Made by a program: the position numbers and the translations under genes
Part shown: positions 55,135 through 63,552 of the stretch, one piece after another
Layout of the letters: each line of letters begins with the position of its first letter
How positions within the stretch are numbered: the stretch's first letter is position 1
From: a virus
Lineage: Duplodnaviria > Caudoviricetes
DNA: 64,000 nt
IMG/VR virus record: IMGVR_UViG_2863231158_000003
Reading direction: 5' to 3' (one strand)
The notes under the pieces: generated by a model
Told to the model about the DNA's origin: nothing
Seen by the model: only the letters and a program-made list of their open reading frames with translations
Databases searched by the model: none

Positions 55135-55343
55135 CAGCCGCCCCGCTTCTTCGTACCGCCGTGCCAGAAGCTGACCTTCGCTGCGGCGTCATTCGCTGCG
55201 GCGTTCAGGCGCTGGTACTCGTCGGTCTCGTGCCGGATCCCGGCCGCGAACTCACGGTCTGAGTTCTCGTTCAGCGCCTTGTCCGCCGCCTTCATCTCTG
55301 CGATCGCTTCCTTCTCCTCGGGGGTCCTACGGAACACACCCAC
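55134..55343 (-). CDS. Small hypothetical protein
   Basis: AL.ENS.RE..AGI.HET.EY.RLN. Confidence 0.6.
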   Translation of the reverse strand: MGVFRRTPEEKEAIAEMKAADKALNENSDREFAAGIRHETDEYQRLNAAANDAAAKVSFWHGGTKKRGG

Positions 55344-55368
55344 GCCGGGGCTCCTCTCTCGGGTCGGG

Positions 55369-55545
55369 TCACCACCAGATGGATGGCTTCTTCGGTACGC
55401 GGTTCGGACAGCCGTTGATCATGTGGTCGACGCACTGCGGGCAGTCGCCTTTCGACGGCACGTAGCCGCTGGACCAGACGTTGTGCAGCACGTGCGCGTG
55501 GTGCCAGCACTGCGGGCACTCCCCCGGCGGCGTCGCCTGCGGCAT
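55369..55545 (-). CDS. 58-aa double-CxxC protein, pRL2-8-like (not in ORF track)
   Basis: PPGECPQCWHHAH...DCPQCVDHM. Confidence 0.7.
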   Translation of the reverse strand: MPQATPPGECPQCWHHAHVLHNVWSSGYVPSKGDCPQCVDHMINGCPNRVPKKPSIWW

Positions 55546-55688
55546 CAGTCGACGAGGTCGTCGGCCGTGAGACCGCCGGGACAGGGGTGCGCGGTAGCGC
55601 CGTCACCGGTCACAATCACCGTGGTGACGGTGTTCTCATCCGTCCGCTCGCTCTCCACAAACCCGAACTCAGAGTCCTGCTGACCCAT
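55545..55688 (-). CDS. Small hypothetical protein
   Basis: AGGAG RBS, TGATG coupling. Confidence 0.55.
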   Translation of the reverse strand: MGQQDSEFGFVESERTDENTVTTVIVTGDGATAHPCPGGLTADDLVD

Positions 55689-55769
55689 GACTAGCTCCTT
55701 CCTGGTTCCGGGGCTGTCCCGGCTCCCCTCACCGCCGGGCATGCAAGGTCCGGCGGATCGGGCAACCGG

Positions 55770-55955
55770 TCAGCGGTTGAAGGTGTGGCTGACCTGGCCG
55801 TGGTCGCCGTTGATGTAGGTGGTGCCGTCGCCGTGGGTGACCGTGACCGTGGTCTGGCTGGCGTCGACGGTGTCGGTGGTGCCGGACTGCACGATCGTGT
55901 GCACGTCCGAGCCGTCCACCTCATTGCTGGTGCTGGGGGTGCGGTCGCCCATCAC
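55770..55955 (-). CDS. Small Thr/Gly-rich protein
   Basis: GAGGAG RBS. Confidence 0.55.
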   Translation of the reverse strand: MMGDRTPSTSNEVDGSDVHTIVQSGTTDTVDASQTTVTVTHGDGTTYINGDHGQVSHTFNR

Positions 55956-55992
55956 GGGCTCCTCTCAAGCTGGTTGAAGCAGGGGAATGGGA

Positions 55993-56139
55993 TCAGCGGG
56001 GCTGGTCTTCGTCGTCCGTGTTGTCCTCGCCCGCGGGGCCGGTGATGACGGTGTAGATGTCGCCGGTGCCGGTGTGGAGAGGAGCGTTCGACACCCCGAT
56101 CACCACCCGCGCCTTCGCTGCGATCTCGCTGTAGTCCAT
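55993..56139 (-). CDS. 48-aa hypothetical protein
   Basis: AGGAGG RBS; NAPLHTGTGDI. Confidence 0.5.
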   Translation of the reverse strand: MDYSEIAAKARVVIGVSNAPLHTGTGDIYTVITGPAGEDNTDDEDQPR

Positions 56140-56177
56140 GGCGGCAAGCCCTCCTTGATCAGTTCTGGTTAGGTTCG

Positions 56178-56630
56178 TCAGCCGTACAGGGCGCGGCGGG
56201 CCATCTGCCGCAGCGCGGAATGGGATTCCCGGGCGCGCCGCCCGATCTCCGCGACCGCGTCCTCATCGACCGCGCCCGGCTCCGACGCGGCATCACCGAG
56301 GGCCACCACCAGCTCCCGCGCCTCTTCCGCCGCAGCCAGCAGCCGCTGATCGGCTGTAGCCGTGTACAGGTAGTCGATCGCCTCAGTGAGCGCGTCACGG
56401 GCCGCATACCGGGCAGCGAGCGACTCATCGGTGTCGTCGCGACCCAACCTCCGGGCGCGGATCTTCATGTACTGCCTGCCGCGAAAGCGGACATAGGCCC
56501 GGAGTACGCCCCGGACCGCGGCCACAAACTCCGCACGCCGACGCTCCGCACGCACCCGCCGATCCCCGATCAGCGCCTGCACCAACACACCCGCCAGAGC
56601 AGCGGCCGCAGCCACAATCGCCGCAGACAC
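56178..56630 (-). CDS. KilB-like membrane-anchored protein
   Basis: N-terminal TM then Arg/Ala-rich helices, in a transfer region as for pIJ101 KilB-like proteins. Confidence 0.55.
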   Translation of the reverse strand: MSAAIVAAAAALAGVLVQALIGDRRVRAERRRAEFVAAVRGVLRAYVRFRGRQYMKIRARRLGRDDTDESLAARYAARDALTEAIDYLYTATADQRLLAAAEEARELVVALGDAASEPGAVDEDAVAEIGRRARESHSALRQMARRALYG

Positions 56631-56631
56631 G

Positions 56632-56820
56632 TCAGCCCTGCCGACCGCGGCGGATGCTCTCCTCAGCCAGGCCCTGGCAGCGGGCTGCGTTCTCCCCGTG
56701 GACCTCCGCGAGCCCTGAGCCCTCCGCCTCCAGCTGCCGCGTGCGGTGGTAGTCCCGCGCCTCGATCAGCCGGTGCACCTCGTCATCGGCACTGTCCTCG
56801 CCGCCGTAGTCACGGGTCAT
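56632..56820 (-). CDS. Hypothetical protein
   Basis: AGGAG RBS. Confidence 0.55.
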   Translation of the reverse strand: MTRDYGGEDSADDEVHRLIEARDYHRTRQLEAEGSGLAEVHGENAARCQGLAEESIRRGRQG

Positions 56821-56980
56821 GACTCTCTCCTGTCTAGTGATCGATCCCGGATAGGGGTCGTGCGCGCCCCGGGCCCGCTTCGAACGAGCACCATCGCGGC
56901 GTATACCGGGGCCTGGAGCCGTGGCGGCGAGGGAACTCACCCGCTCCCCTCGCCGCCGGTCGAGACCAGCGAGCAGCCAG

Positions 56981-57127
56981 TCAGTCGTCGGCGTTCGTAA
57001 CCGTGACGGAGGCGACGTGCGGCGCCTGGAACGGCAGGTCCTCGTACTCACGGGCGGTGGCGTCGTCGCTGACGGTGGTCTCGATGACGCGGCCGTCGGA
57101 TTCGGTGATGGTGACGAGCTTGGCCAT
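56981..57127 (-). CDS. 48-aa hypothetical protein
   Basis: MAKLVTITESDGRVIETT...; AGGAGG RBS. Confidence 0.55.
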   Translation of the reverse strand: MAKLVTITESDGRVIETTVSDDATAREYEDLPFQAPHVASVTVTNADD

Positions 57128-57168
57128 GGGGTGCCTCCTGTTGGATCGGGGGTGGTCGTGAAGGGATT

Positions 57169-57588
57169 TCAGCGAGTCGGAGCGACAGCCGCGTCGATGA
57201 TCTCGGGATGGTCGAACGCCAGCGGCGGCAAGTCACCCAGGGGCCACCACTGCGCGCGGGTCGCGTCGTCCCCGGCCTCGATGGCCGTGCCGGGCAGGAC
57301 GGTCAGGTGGTAGGCGACGCTGACGTACCTGCCACGCGGATCACGACCGGGCCGGTCGAACGCGCCGACCTGCTCCAACTCCGCCTCGGACGCGTACACG
57401 CCAGCCTCTTCAGCCAGCTCGCGGGCAGCGGCGGCACGGCTCGTCTCACCGGGGTCGACGTACCCGCCAGGCAGCGCCCACTGCCCCTTGAACGGATCCC
57501 AGCCGCGCTCAATCAGCAGGACATACCCGTCAGTCGTGGTGACGACCACGTCAGCGGTGAAGCGGATCGCCTCAAACGTCTCGGTCAT
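57169..57588 (-). CDS. Nudix hydrolase (pSAM2 Pif-like context)
   Basis: ALPGGYVDPGETSRAAAARELAEEAG Nudix box; RDPR; LAFDH. Confidence 0.92.
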   Translation of the reverse strand: MTETFEAIRFTADVVVTTTDGYVLLIERGWDPFKGQWALPGGYVDPGETSRAAAARELAEEAGVYASEAELEQVGAFDRPGRDPRGRYVSVAYHLTVLPGTAIEAGDDATRAQWWPLGDLPPLAFDHPEIIDAAVAPTR

Positions 57589-57667
57589 GACGCCTCTCAA
57601 AGATCGGAAGAAGGGAGCCGTGGCGGCGGAAGGGGGAATGAACCCGCCGCCACGGCGGCTTGGATGA

Positions 57668-57919
57668 TCAGCGGCGGCGAGCGGCCTCAGCGCCGATGTC
57701 GTGCACGTCGATCCCGGCGGCCTCAGCCACGGCAGTGAGCCGATGCGACTCACCGACCGCCGCCTGCCAATACGGATCCGAAGTGTGGTCCTGGCCCTTC
57801 GCGTTCAGACCGTCCGCGATACGGCGACACACATTCATCTGATCGGCAGCAGCACCGACAGCATCGGCGGTGCGGGCACGGTCATCGAGCTGACTCTGCA
57901 ACCAGGCAGGCTTGGACAT
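57668..57919 (-). CDS. Hypothetical protein
   Basis: AGGAG RBS. Confidence 0.6.
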   Translation of the reverse strand: MSKPAWLQSQLDDRARTADAVGAAADQMNVCRRIADGLNAKGQDHTSDPYWQAAVGESHRLTAVAEAAGIDVHDIGAEAARRR

Positions 57920-57930
57920 AGCGATCTCCT

Positions 57931-58131
57931 TCAGCGAATGCGGATGATGTTGATCGGTTCGGGGTCGAGCACGGTCCCGCCCCGATTCAGACGGTGATGC
58001 AGCCGGTCAGCCTTCGCGGCGGTCTTCACCACCGCCTCCTTGGCGCTCTCAGCGCGGGCGCTGTACGTGTACCGGCCGCCCACACCAGGGCCTTCGGCAC
58101 CTATGCGAGTCACAGTCCAACGAGGCATCAC
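57931..58131 (-). CDS. Hypothetical protein
   Basis: Operon-packed ORF. Confidence 0.55.
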   Translation of the reverse strand: MMPRWTVTRIGAEGPGVGGRYTYSARAESAKEAVVKTAAKADRLHHRLNRGGTVLDPEPINIIRIR

Positions 58132-58214
58132 AAATCCCCTTCGCGATCAGACAGTGGCTGGGAGCCGTGACGGCGAGGGGGAGCACACCCGCCGCCACGG
58201 CCGATCAAGCGGGA

Positions 58215-58601
58215 TCAGCGGAAACGCCCGCAGTTGCAGTCCGGCCCGTGATTCGTCGCCAACGCATGCAGGTCACTGACCGTCAGATCACCGAGCCTCC
58301 CCCTGGCCGTCAGGCCGCTCAGATCACCGAGGGGCAGCTTGTCGGTGGCCAGCTTCCAGTCGCCCTCGAGGATCACCGTCCTCCCGCGGCGGCGGATCGT
58401 CCCCGCGCTGACAACCTGCTTACGCCGCTCCTCAGCAGCAGCACGCTCCCGCTCCCGACGTCGCGCACTACGCTCCCGAAACGCCAGCTCAGCCTCATCA
58501 GGCTGCGCAGGCACCCGCCGCTCCGACGGCTTCTGCGCGGCGAAGTACCGCTCCTCCGCAGTCGGCATCTCGCTGAACTTCCTACGGCCGAACAAGCCCA
58601 C
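58215..58601 (-). CDS. Hypothetical protein
   Basis: MGLFGRRK...HGPDCNC; GAGGAG RBS. Confidence 0.6.
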   Translation of the reverse strand: MGLFGRRKFSEMPTAEERYFAAQKPSERRVPAQPDEAELAFRERSARRRERERAAAEERRKQVVSAGTIRRRGRTVILEGDWKLATDKLPLGDLSGLTARGRLGDLTVSDLHALATNHGPDCNCGRFR

Positions 58602-58662
58602 GACAAGCTCCTCTCACAACAGGGGAAGTGCAGATCAGAGACCCGAACGAAGACCGGCCGAC

Positions 58663-58899
58663 TCAAGCCGCCGCGGGATAGTCGAAACCCAGCAACTCAT
58701 CGACCAACAGCGGATCCAGCGCGTAAGCGTGGTCCAGGACCAGCGCCTCCATGTCGGGGCGGCCCGCCTCACGCGCCGCAGCGAAATCCGCAAACAGATC
58801 CGCCACCGCCGCGTCACGAACCTCACCCACCGACGTCTGCGACCGGCGCTTCACGCCGAGCTCCGTCGCCGCGTGATCCGCATCGAACAGCACCGTCAC
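58663..58899 (-). CDS. Hypothetical protein
   Basis: GTGA overlap with the upstream gene. Confidence 0.55.
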   Translation of the reverse strand: MTVLFDADHAATELGVKRRSQTSVGEVRDAAVADLFADFAAAREAGRPDMEALVLDHAYALDPLLVDELLGFDYPAAA

Positions 58900-59264
58900 C
58901 GCCGGCCACCGCCCGAGGGAAGCTCGGCCGGCCGGGACTGCCCGCCCGACCGCTGCTGCAGCCACGCCACCGCCGCCGGAACCAGCTCCGGAAAGTCCGC
59001 AGCCAGCGGCGCCTCATCGATATCCCGCATGATGAACTCGACCGGGATCAGCCGCAGAAACTCGCGCTTCGCCCGGAAGGTGTCACCCGAAGCGATATCC
59101 ACCAGCTCCACAAGCTCGAACTGGGCGCACTCCACCTGACAGACCCGCTCCGCGCCCGCCTGCCCCAGCAAGTGCTTCACCGGATCCCGGTACAGGACGA
59201 AGTCCTCGAGGCCGATACGACGGGCCGCACTCACACCCACCCTGATCACGATGTCAGCCATCAC
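58896..59264 (-). CDS. Hypothetical protein
   Basis: Coupled ORF. Confidence 0.55.
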   Translation of the reverse strand: MMADIVIRVGVSAARRIGLEDFVLYRDPVKHLLGQAGAERVCQVECAQFELVELVDIASGDTFRAKREFLRLIPVEFIMRDIDEAPLAADFPELVPAAVAWLQQRSGGQSRPAELPSGGGRR

Positions 59265-59650
59265 GCCACCCCCGTCGGGTACGGGCGCGGACGCCGCGAC
59301 TTGAGCAGAACCTCGTAACTCGACTTCCCGTCACCCTCAGCCGACACGACCAGGAACGCGTCCGAGTCGAGATCCATCACCACGTCGACCGCGACACCCT
59401 CACGACGACGCTGCTGCGCAAACTCCTCCGCCGGCCACGAACCACGCGGACCACCCGCCGGAAACGACGCCAGAACCGTGCGCCGCGGACGGACATACGA
59501 CGCCGCCACATGCGCCGCCACATCAGCAGCCGACAACGACGGAACCGACAGAGCACGCTCCAAACGGAGCAGAGCAGCACGCGCAGCAGAAGGAAGCGGA
59601 GCAGTAGGGCGGAGAGCGGGTTCGGGCGGGGCAGGGGTTGCCGTGGCCAT
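59261..59650 (-). CDS. Hypothetical protein
   Basis: AEEFA...R..G....VVMDL.SDAFLVV; TGATG coupling. Confidence 0.6.
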   Translation of the reverse strand: MATATPAPPEPALRPTAPLPSAARAALLRLERALSVPSLSAADVAAHVAASYVRPRRTVLASFPAGGPRGSWPAEEFAQQRRREGVAVDVVMDLDSDAFLVVSAEGDGKSSYEVLLKSRRPRPYPTGVA

Positions 59651-59919
59651 CAGGCCACCTCCTCATGAGCAGGAAGATCCGCCTCCAGGACGGACTCGGG
59701 GATTTCCGTTGGGACCACCCGCGCCGAGCGGAGGTAGTCGTCGATAGCGGACTGGGAGATGCGGAAGCGGGGGCGAAGCGCCCCCCTAGCGATGTTGATC
59801 GCGGCGAGATGCCCGGATTCGATCAGGCGGCGCACATGTTGCGGGGTGCTACCAATGCGCGCCGCCACCTCTCCGGTAGTCAGGTAACCGCCCACAGAGG
59901 CGGCAGAAGCAGACGTCAC
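59650..59919 (-). CDS. Excisionase-type HTH protein
   Basis: YLTTGEVAARIGSTPQHVRRLIESGHL.A...RI. Confidence 0.85.
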   Translation of the reverse strand: MTSASAASVGGYLTTGEVAARIGSTPQHVRRLIESGHLAAINIARGALRPRFRISQSAIDDYLRSARVVPTEIPESVLEADLPAHEEVA

Positions 59920-59970
59920 TGGGTGCTCCCCTGCGGTCGACTGGGGCGGACACCATTAGAGAACCAGATC

Positions 59971-60003
59971 GCTTCAGAGCAATCAATAGCTCTCTAGAGC
60001 GCT
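59971..60003. promoter_or_regulatory. GntR operator copies upstream of the transfer operon
   Basis: gcttcagagcaa (59971) and ctctagagcgc (59992). Confidence 0.6.
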
Positions 60004-60025
60004 TGGCTGAAAATGAGCATACAGA

Positions 60026-60053
60026 AAGCCCCCACCCGTAAGGGCGGGGGCTT
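60026..60053 (-). terminator. Terminator after the GntR gene
   Basis: aagcccccaccc-gtaa-gggcgggggctt. Confidence 0.65.
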
Positions 60054-60064
60054 GACTACGCAGG

Positions 60065-60820
60065 TCAGGCCGGGAAGTCGTAGACCAGCAGGTACTTCGA
60101 GGCGTCCAAAACCATACGGTTGACCTCTACGACACGACCCGTCACCTCATAGGCAGTGCGGCAGATCTCGACAACCGGCGTAGCTGCAGCGAGCCCCAGG
60201 TCCTCCGACTCTGCCGCCGAAGGCATGCGGCAGCGCAGTTCCTCCCGGAAGCGCACGGGGCCATGACCGGCCTCCCGGAGCCTCGCGTAAGTGCCACCAG
60301 GCCCAGAATCGACTTGGGTGATCCTGGTTCCACGAGCAAGGTCTTCGGGAATGTACGAGGTCGATCGAATCACGGGAACACCGTCAACCAAGTACTTGCG
60401 GTTGCGGCGCCAGACAAGATCACCCTCTTCGAGGTCAAGAGTGCGGGCTACGTCCGCGGACACCGGAGCCTGCTCGATCTGTACATCCACCGGCTCCAGG
60501 CGCCGGTTCTCCACATCGACATCCCAAATCGATTTACCTTCACCCCACTGCTCACCGGAGAGTCGACGCAGCGCGTTGCGAACGATGGGGCGCCACCTGC
60601 GGATATAGACACCAGAACCAACCCGAGACTCAGTAACACCTTCATCACGAAGCACTCCGAGCGCCTGCCGAACGGTGCCAGGCGCGACGCCGTACTCCTC
60701 CGCAAGGCTTCGCTCAGGGGGCAGCTTGTCGCCGTCAGCGAACTCCCCCGCATCGATGCGGCCTCGCAGTTCGTCGGCGATCTGCCGGTACTTCAGTGGC
60801 TCGCCGGGCTTGCGCGGCAC
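60065..60820 (-). CDS. GntR/HutC repressor with UTRA domain (KorA/KorSA/TraR-like)
   Basis: YRQIADELR...LPPE..LA..YGV...TVRQAL...G.G.Y plus UTRA; divergent context next to transfer genes. Confidence 0.9.
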   Translation of the reverse strand: MPRKPGEPLKYRQIADELRGRIDAGEFADGDKLPPERSLAEEYGVAPGTVRQALGVLRDEGVTESRVGSGVYIRRWRPIVRNALRRLSGEQWGEGKSIWDVDVENRRLEPVDVQIEQAPVSADVARTLDLEEGDLVWRRNRKYLVDGVPVIRSTSYIPEDLARGTRITQVDSGPGGTYARLREAGHGPVRFREELRCRMPSAAESEDLGLAAATPVVEICRTAYEVTGRVVEVNRMVLDASKYLLVYDFPA

Positions 60821-60842
60821 GTGACCTCCTCGGGATGGATTC

Positions 60843-60937
60843 CTCCAGAGCAACGCTACCCGCTACACCTCACGGCAGGTCAGGGGCCTCTTTGTGGAAA
60901 TCGGCGCAGACTCCTAGCTTCGATTGCTCTAGAGCGC
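60843..60937. promoter_or_regulatory. GntR operator copies between the two GntR genes
   Basis: ctccagagcaa (60843) and ttgctctagagcgc (60924). Confidence 0.6.
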
Positions 60938-60998
60938 TACGGTCGCTGTAGTCGCCGCGCTGCTGTGCGTTAAGTCGCGGCCGAACGAAGGGATCCCC

Positions 60999-61934
60999 AT
61001 GCCCGAACCCCCTGAGCGCACCGCGCTCTATCGTCTCTACGACGTCGACGACCGACTGCTGTACGTCGGGATCAGCGGTGCGCCGAAGATGCGCATGAAG
61101 GCTCACGCAGCCGACAAGCCCTGGTGGCCCGAGGTCGCGACACGCGACTTCGAATGGTTCGACACCAGGGAGCAGGCCGCCGAAGCCGAGGTCGAAGCCA
61201 TCAGGCAGCAGCAGCCGCTCCACAATCACACCCACAACATCTCAGCAGTGCTCGCCCTCCTGCCCGCCGTCCGTGACGAGCCGCTGCGGCCGCAACCTGC
61301 GGCGGTATCAAAGGACAGTCGCAACGTGGCCCAGCGCATGGCTGCTGAGATCCGACCGCTGATCATGGCTGGCGATATGCCCGTCGGCTCCCGGATTCCG
61401 TCCACGCAACACCTGATCACCCAGTTTCGGACCTCAAACGTCACCATTCAACGCGGTCTCCGCATCCTGAAGGATGAAGGGTTCGCCGTTGGCCGCTCCG
61501 GATCAGCCGTCTACGTAACTTCACCTGCCCCTCAGCACCTTGACGACGAGACCCAGCACGTCGAAACCGAGATCTCCAGCGCCGAGGTCACTCCTCCGCG
61601 CCGCGTGGCTCGCGCCCTGGCAGTCGGAGAAGGCGAACCCGTCCAGCGGCAGGAGACGCTCGTCCAGGTAGACGGCCGACCGATACGCACCGTCTCCACA
61701 TATCGGCGCCTGCAAGACGCCCTCGGAGTTCCGGCGGAACTGCTGGATCAAGTCTCCGTCCGGCCGCCGACAACCGCTGAGGTGCTCGCCCTTCAACTCC
61801 CCGAGGAGGTCCCTGTAATGAACGTCTTCCGGCAGGTACTCGACGACGACGGGCAAGTGCTTGAGGTCCAGAGCCTCATCGAGCCCGGAAACCTGTGCAT
61901 CCGGCAGTACCGCACGCCGATCGATCCGCAGTAG
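60999..61934 (+). CDS. GIY-YIG nuclease-like domain fused to GntR HTH and a reduced UTRA domain
   Basis: LYRLY...LYVGIS...R...H...AE..AI....P.HN; IPS...L...TIQRGL..LK.EG...G..VYV. Confidence 0.85.
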   Translation: MPEPPERTALYRLYDVDDRLLYVGISGAPKMRMKAHAADKPWWPEVATRDFEWFDTREQAAEAEVEAIRQQQPLHNHTHNISAVLALLPAVRDEPLRPQPAAVSKDSRNVAQRMAAEIRPLIMAGDMPVGSRIPSTQHLITQFRTSNVTIQRGLRILKDEGFAVGRSGSAVYVTSPAPQHLDDETQHVETEISSAEVTPPRRVARALAVGEGEPVQRQETLVQVDGRPIRTVSTYRRLQDALGVPAELLDQVSVRPPTTAEVLALQLPEEVPVMNVFRQVLDDDGQVLEVQSLIEPGNLCIRQYRTPIDPQ

Positions 61935-62877
61935 CCCTGACGTCTTCCGGCCGCTTCCGCTGTTGGCCGCCGGTGTCCCGCGCACTCCGTGGGGCGCGCG
62001 TCAGATCCTACTGCTTCGGGCAAGTCGGACTCACCGCAGTTCAGGGGCCTGACGTCCGCCGTCTGGTTCTCGCGATGGCGCGCCGACCGGGTCGTAGCGT
62101 CTGGCTGGTGGCCGAGTTCCGGACATCCTGCCCGGTCCGCTGCTGACGTTGCGCGTCTGGTCTATTCGAGTTTCGCCGAGCCCTTTCGGGTTTCGTCGGG
62201 TCTTCTCGGTTGGGGTGGGTGCCGGTTTTCATCGGCCAGCTTTTGGGTGGTCGTAGTGTCGTTCGGGAGGGCATGGGTTCCGGCCATCTTCGGGCCAGAT
62301 TTTCTGGGGTCTGCAGGTCGGCCACCGGGGTGCCCAGCATCAGTAAGTGTGGGGAGGTGGGGGCGTTTTGGATCTCGTGTATGCACGCTCTCACCTGTGC
62401 AGTTTGGCGACGCTCTGGCTACACCTTGAGCACACGGTGGCGTCTTCTGGATCTCGCGCTGGCCCGGTGTCTCGTTCCCGCCGTCCAGGTAGGTTCCTGG
62501 GAACGCGGTGCGCGGACTTCCGTCGGCCGCTGCATCTGGACAGTCGTGCTTGTCCAGTCCTGTCGTCTGGTGGCGGGGGCGGCGGGGAGGGAGGCTCGGG
62601 TGCGGGGTTCGGCGGGGCGGTCCGGTTTTCAGTGGGGTGGATCTATTCGCTGGCCCAGGGCGCCTGGGGCTACCAGATCGGGAGTTCTTCGCTTGACAGC
62701 GTGTGGAGCGTTGGCCTGCGGGTTCGCCTGCCGCGGGGTGCTGTTTGTCGACTTTTCGCCGCTTGTTTGAGTGGAGTTGATTTGAGGTCCGCGCTAGCTT
62801 TCGGTGGCCGCGTTCATGGGTTTCACGGTTTGTGGTGCGCGTTGCTCTCGCGGCGGCGGCAGGCGGTAGGAAAGCTG

Positions 62878-62938
62878 ACGGCCGGAGCGGTCATCACCCG
62901 CTCCGGCCGTCGATAACCAGCGAGCTGCGAACTCGCTG
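62878..62938 (+). other. Tandem hairpins in the leader of the DUF6907 gene
   Basis: gacggccggagcgg-N7-ccgctccggccgtc and cagcgag-N7-ctcgctg. Confidence 0.55.
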
Positions 62939-62977
62939 ATCAAGAGACTCGACCCTTGCATGAGAGGAGCTCTACCC

Positions 62978-63451
62978 ATGACTGTAGCGCCTGAGCTTGG
63001 CGCCGCTCCCCCGGTGCCGCCTCCGTCGGCCGCTCCGTCGGTTCCGCCGGGCTACCGTCTGGTTCCGGCGTTGATTGGCCGTCCTGGTGCGGCGTCGCAT
63101 GTGTGGCTGCCGTGTCCTGACTGGTGTGTGGTGGATCATGCGTCGGTTCGTGAGGTCGACGTCGCAGATGTAGATCATTACGGCGTCCCGGTGGCGTGGT
63201 CCGTCGGTTCGTTCCTGCTGCCGGGTGTGAAGGTCCTCGAGGTCGACGTGCGGGTGCACGCGGATCCGCACAGTGACGACTCGCGTTTGCGGTCGCCGCA
63301 TGTGGTGGTGAGCTCGGACGATCCGCTCGATGCGTTTCTCACGCCGGCCGTGGCGGATGTGGCGGCGGACGGTCTGATCGCGTTGGGCCTGGCAGTGCGG
63401 GAGCAGGCTCGGCTGGCGCGTCGGGCCGGCGGGGCTGTCGCCGGCGTCTGA
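62978..63451 (+). CDS. DUF6907-domain protein
   Basis: CPDWCVVDH...D.DH...LTP; GAGGAG RBS. Confidence 0.75.
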   Translation: MTVAPELGAAPPVPPPSAAPSVPPGYRLVPALIGRPGAASHVWLPCPDWCVVDHASVREVDVADVDHYGVPVAWSVGSFLLPGVKVLEVDVRVHADPHSDDSRLRSPHVVVSSDDPLDAFLTPAVADVAADGLIALGLAVREQARLARRAGGAVAGV

Positions 63452-63552
63452 TTGTGGGCACGGGAGCGCCCCCGCAGCTGACTGGCTGCGGGGGTGCTGT
63501 CGCGTCAGGGCGTCTGTTCGGCTGTGTCGTGTGGTCGGCGTGGGGGCGGGGG

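Larger units (their letters stand above)
56915..58201. repeat. Three dispersed intergenic hairpin repeats starting GGAGCCGTGRCGGCG
   Basis: Copies at 56915, 57614 and 58161, each the left arm of an 11-13 bp stem. Confidence 0.7.

Noticed and set aside
56915-58201. Hairpin repeats as a CRISPR array or true integron attC sites
   Set aside because: Spacing is 550-700 bp with genes between; no attC-type boxes or adjacent integron integrase
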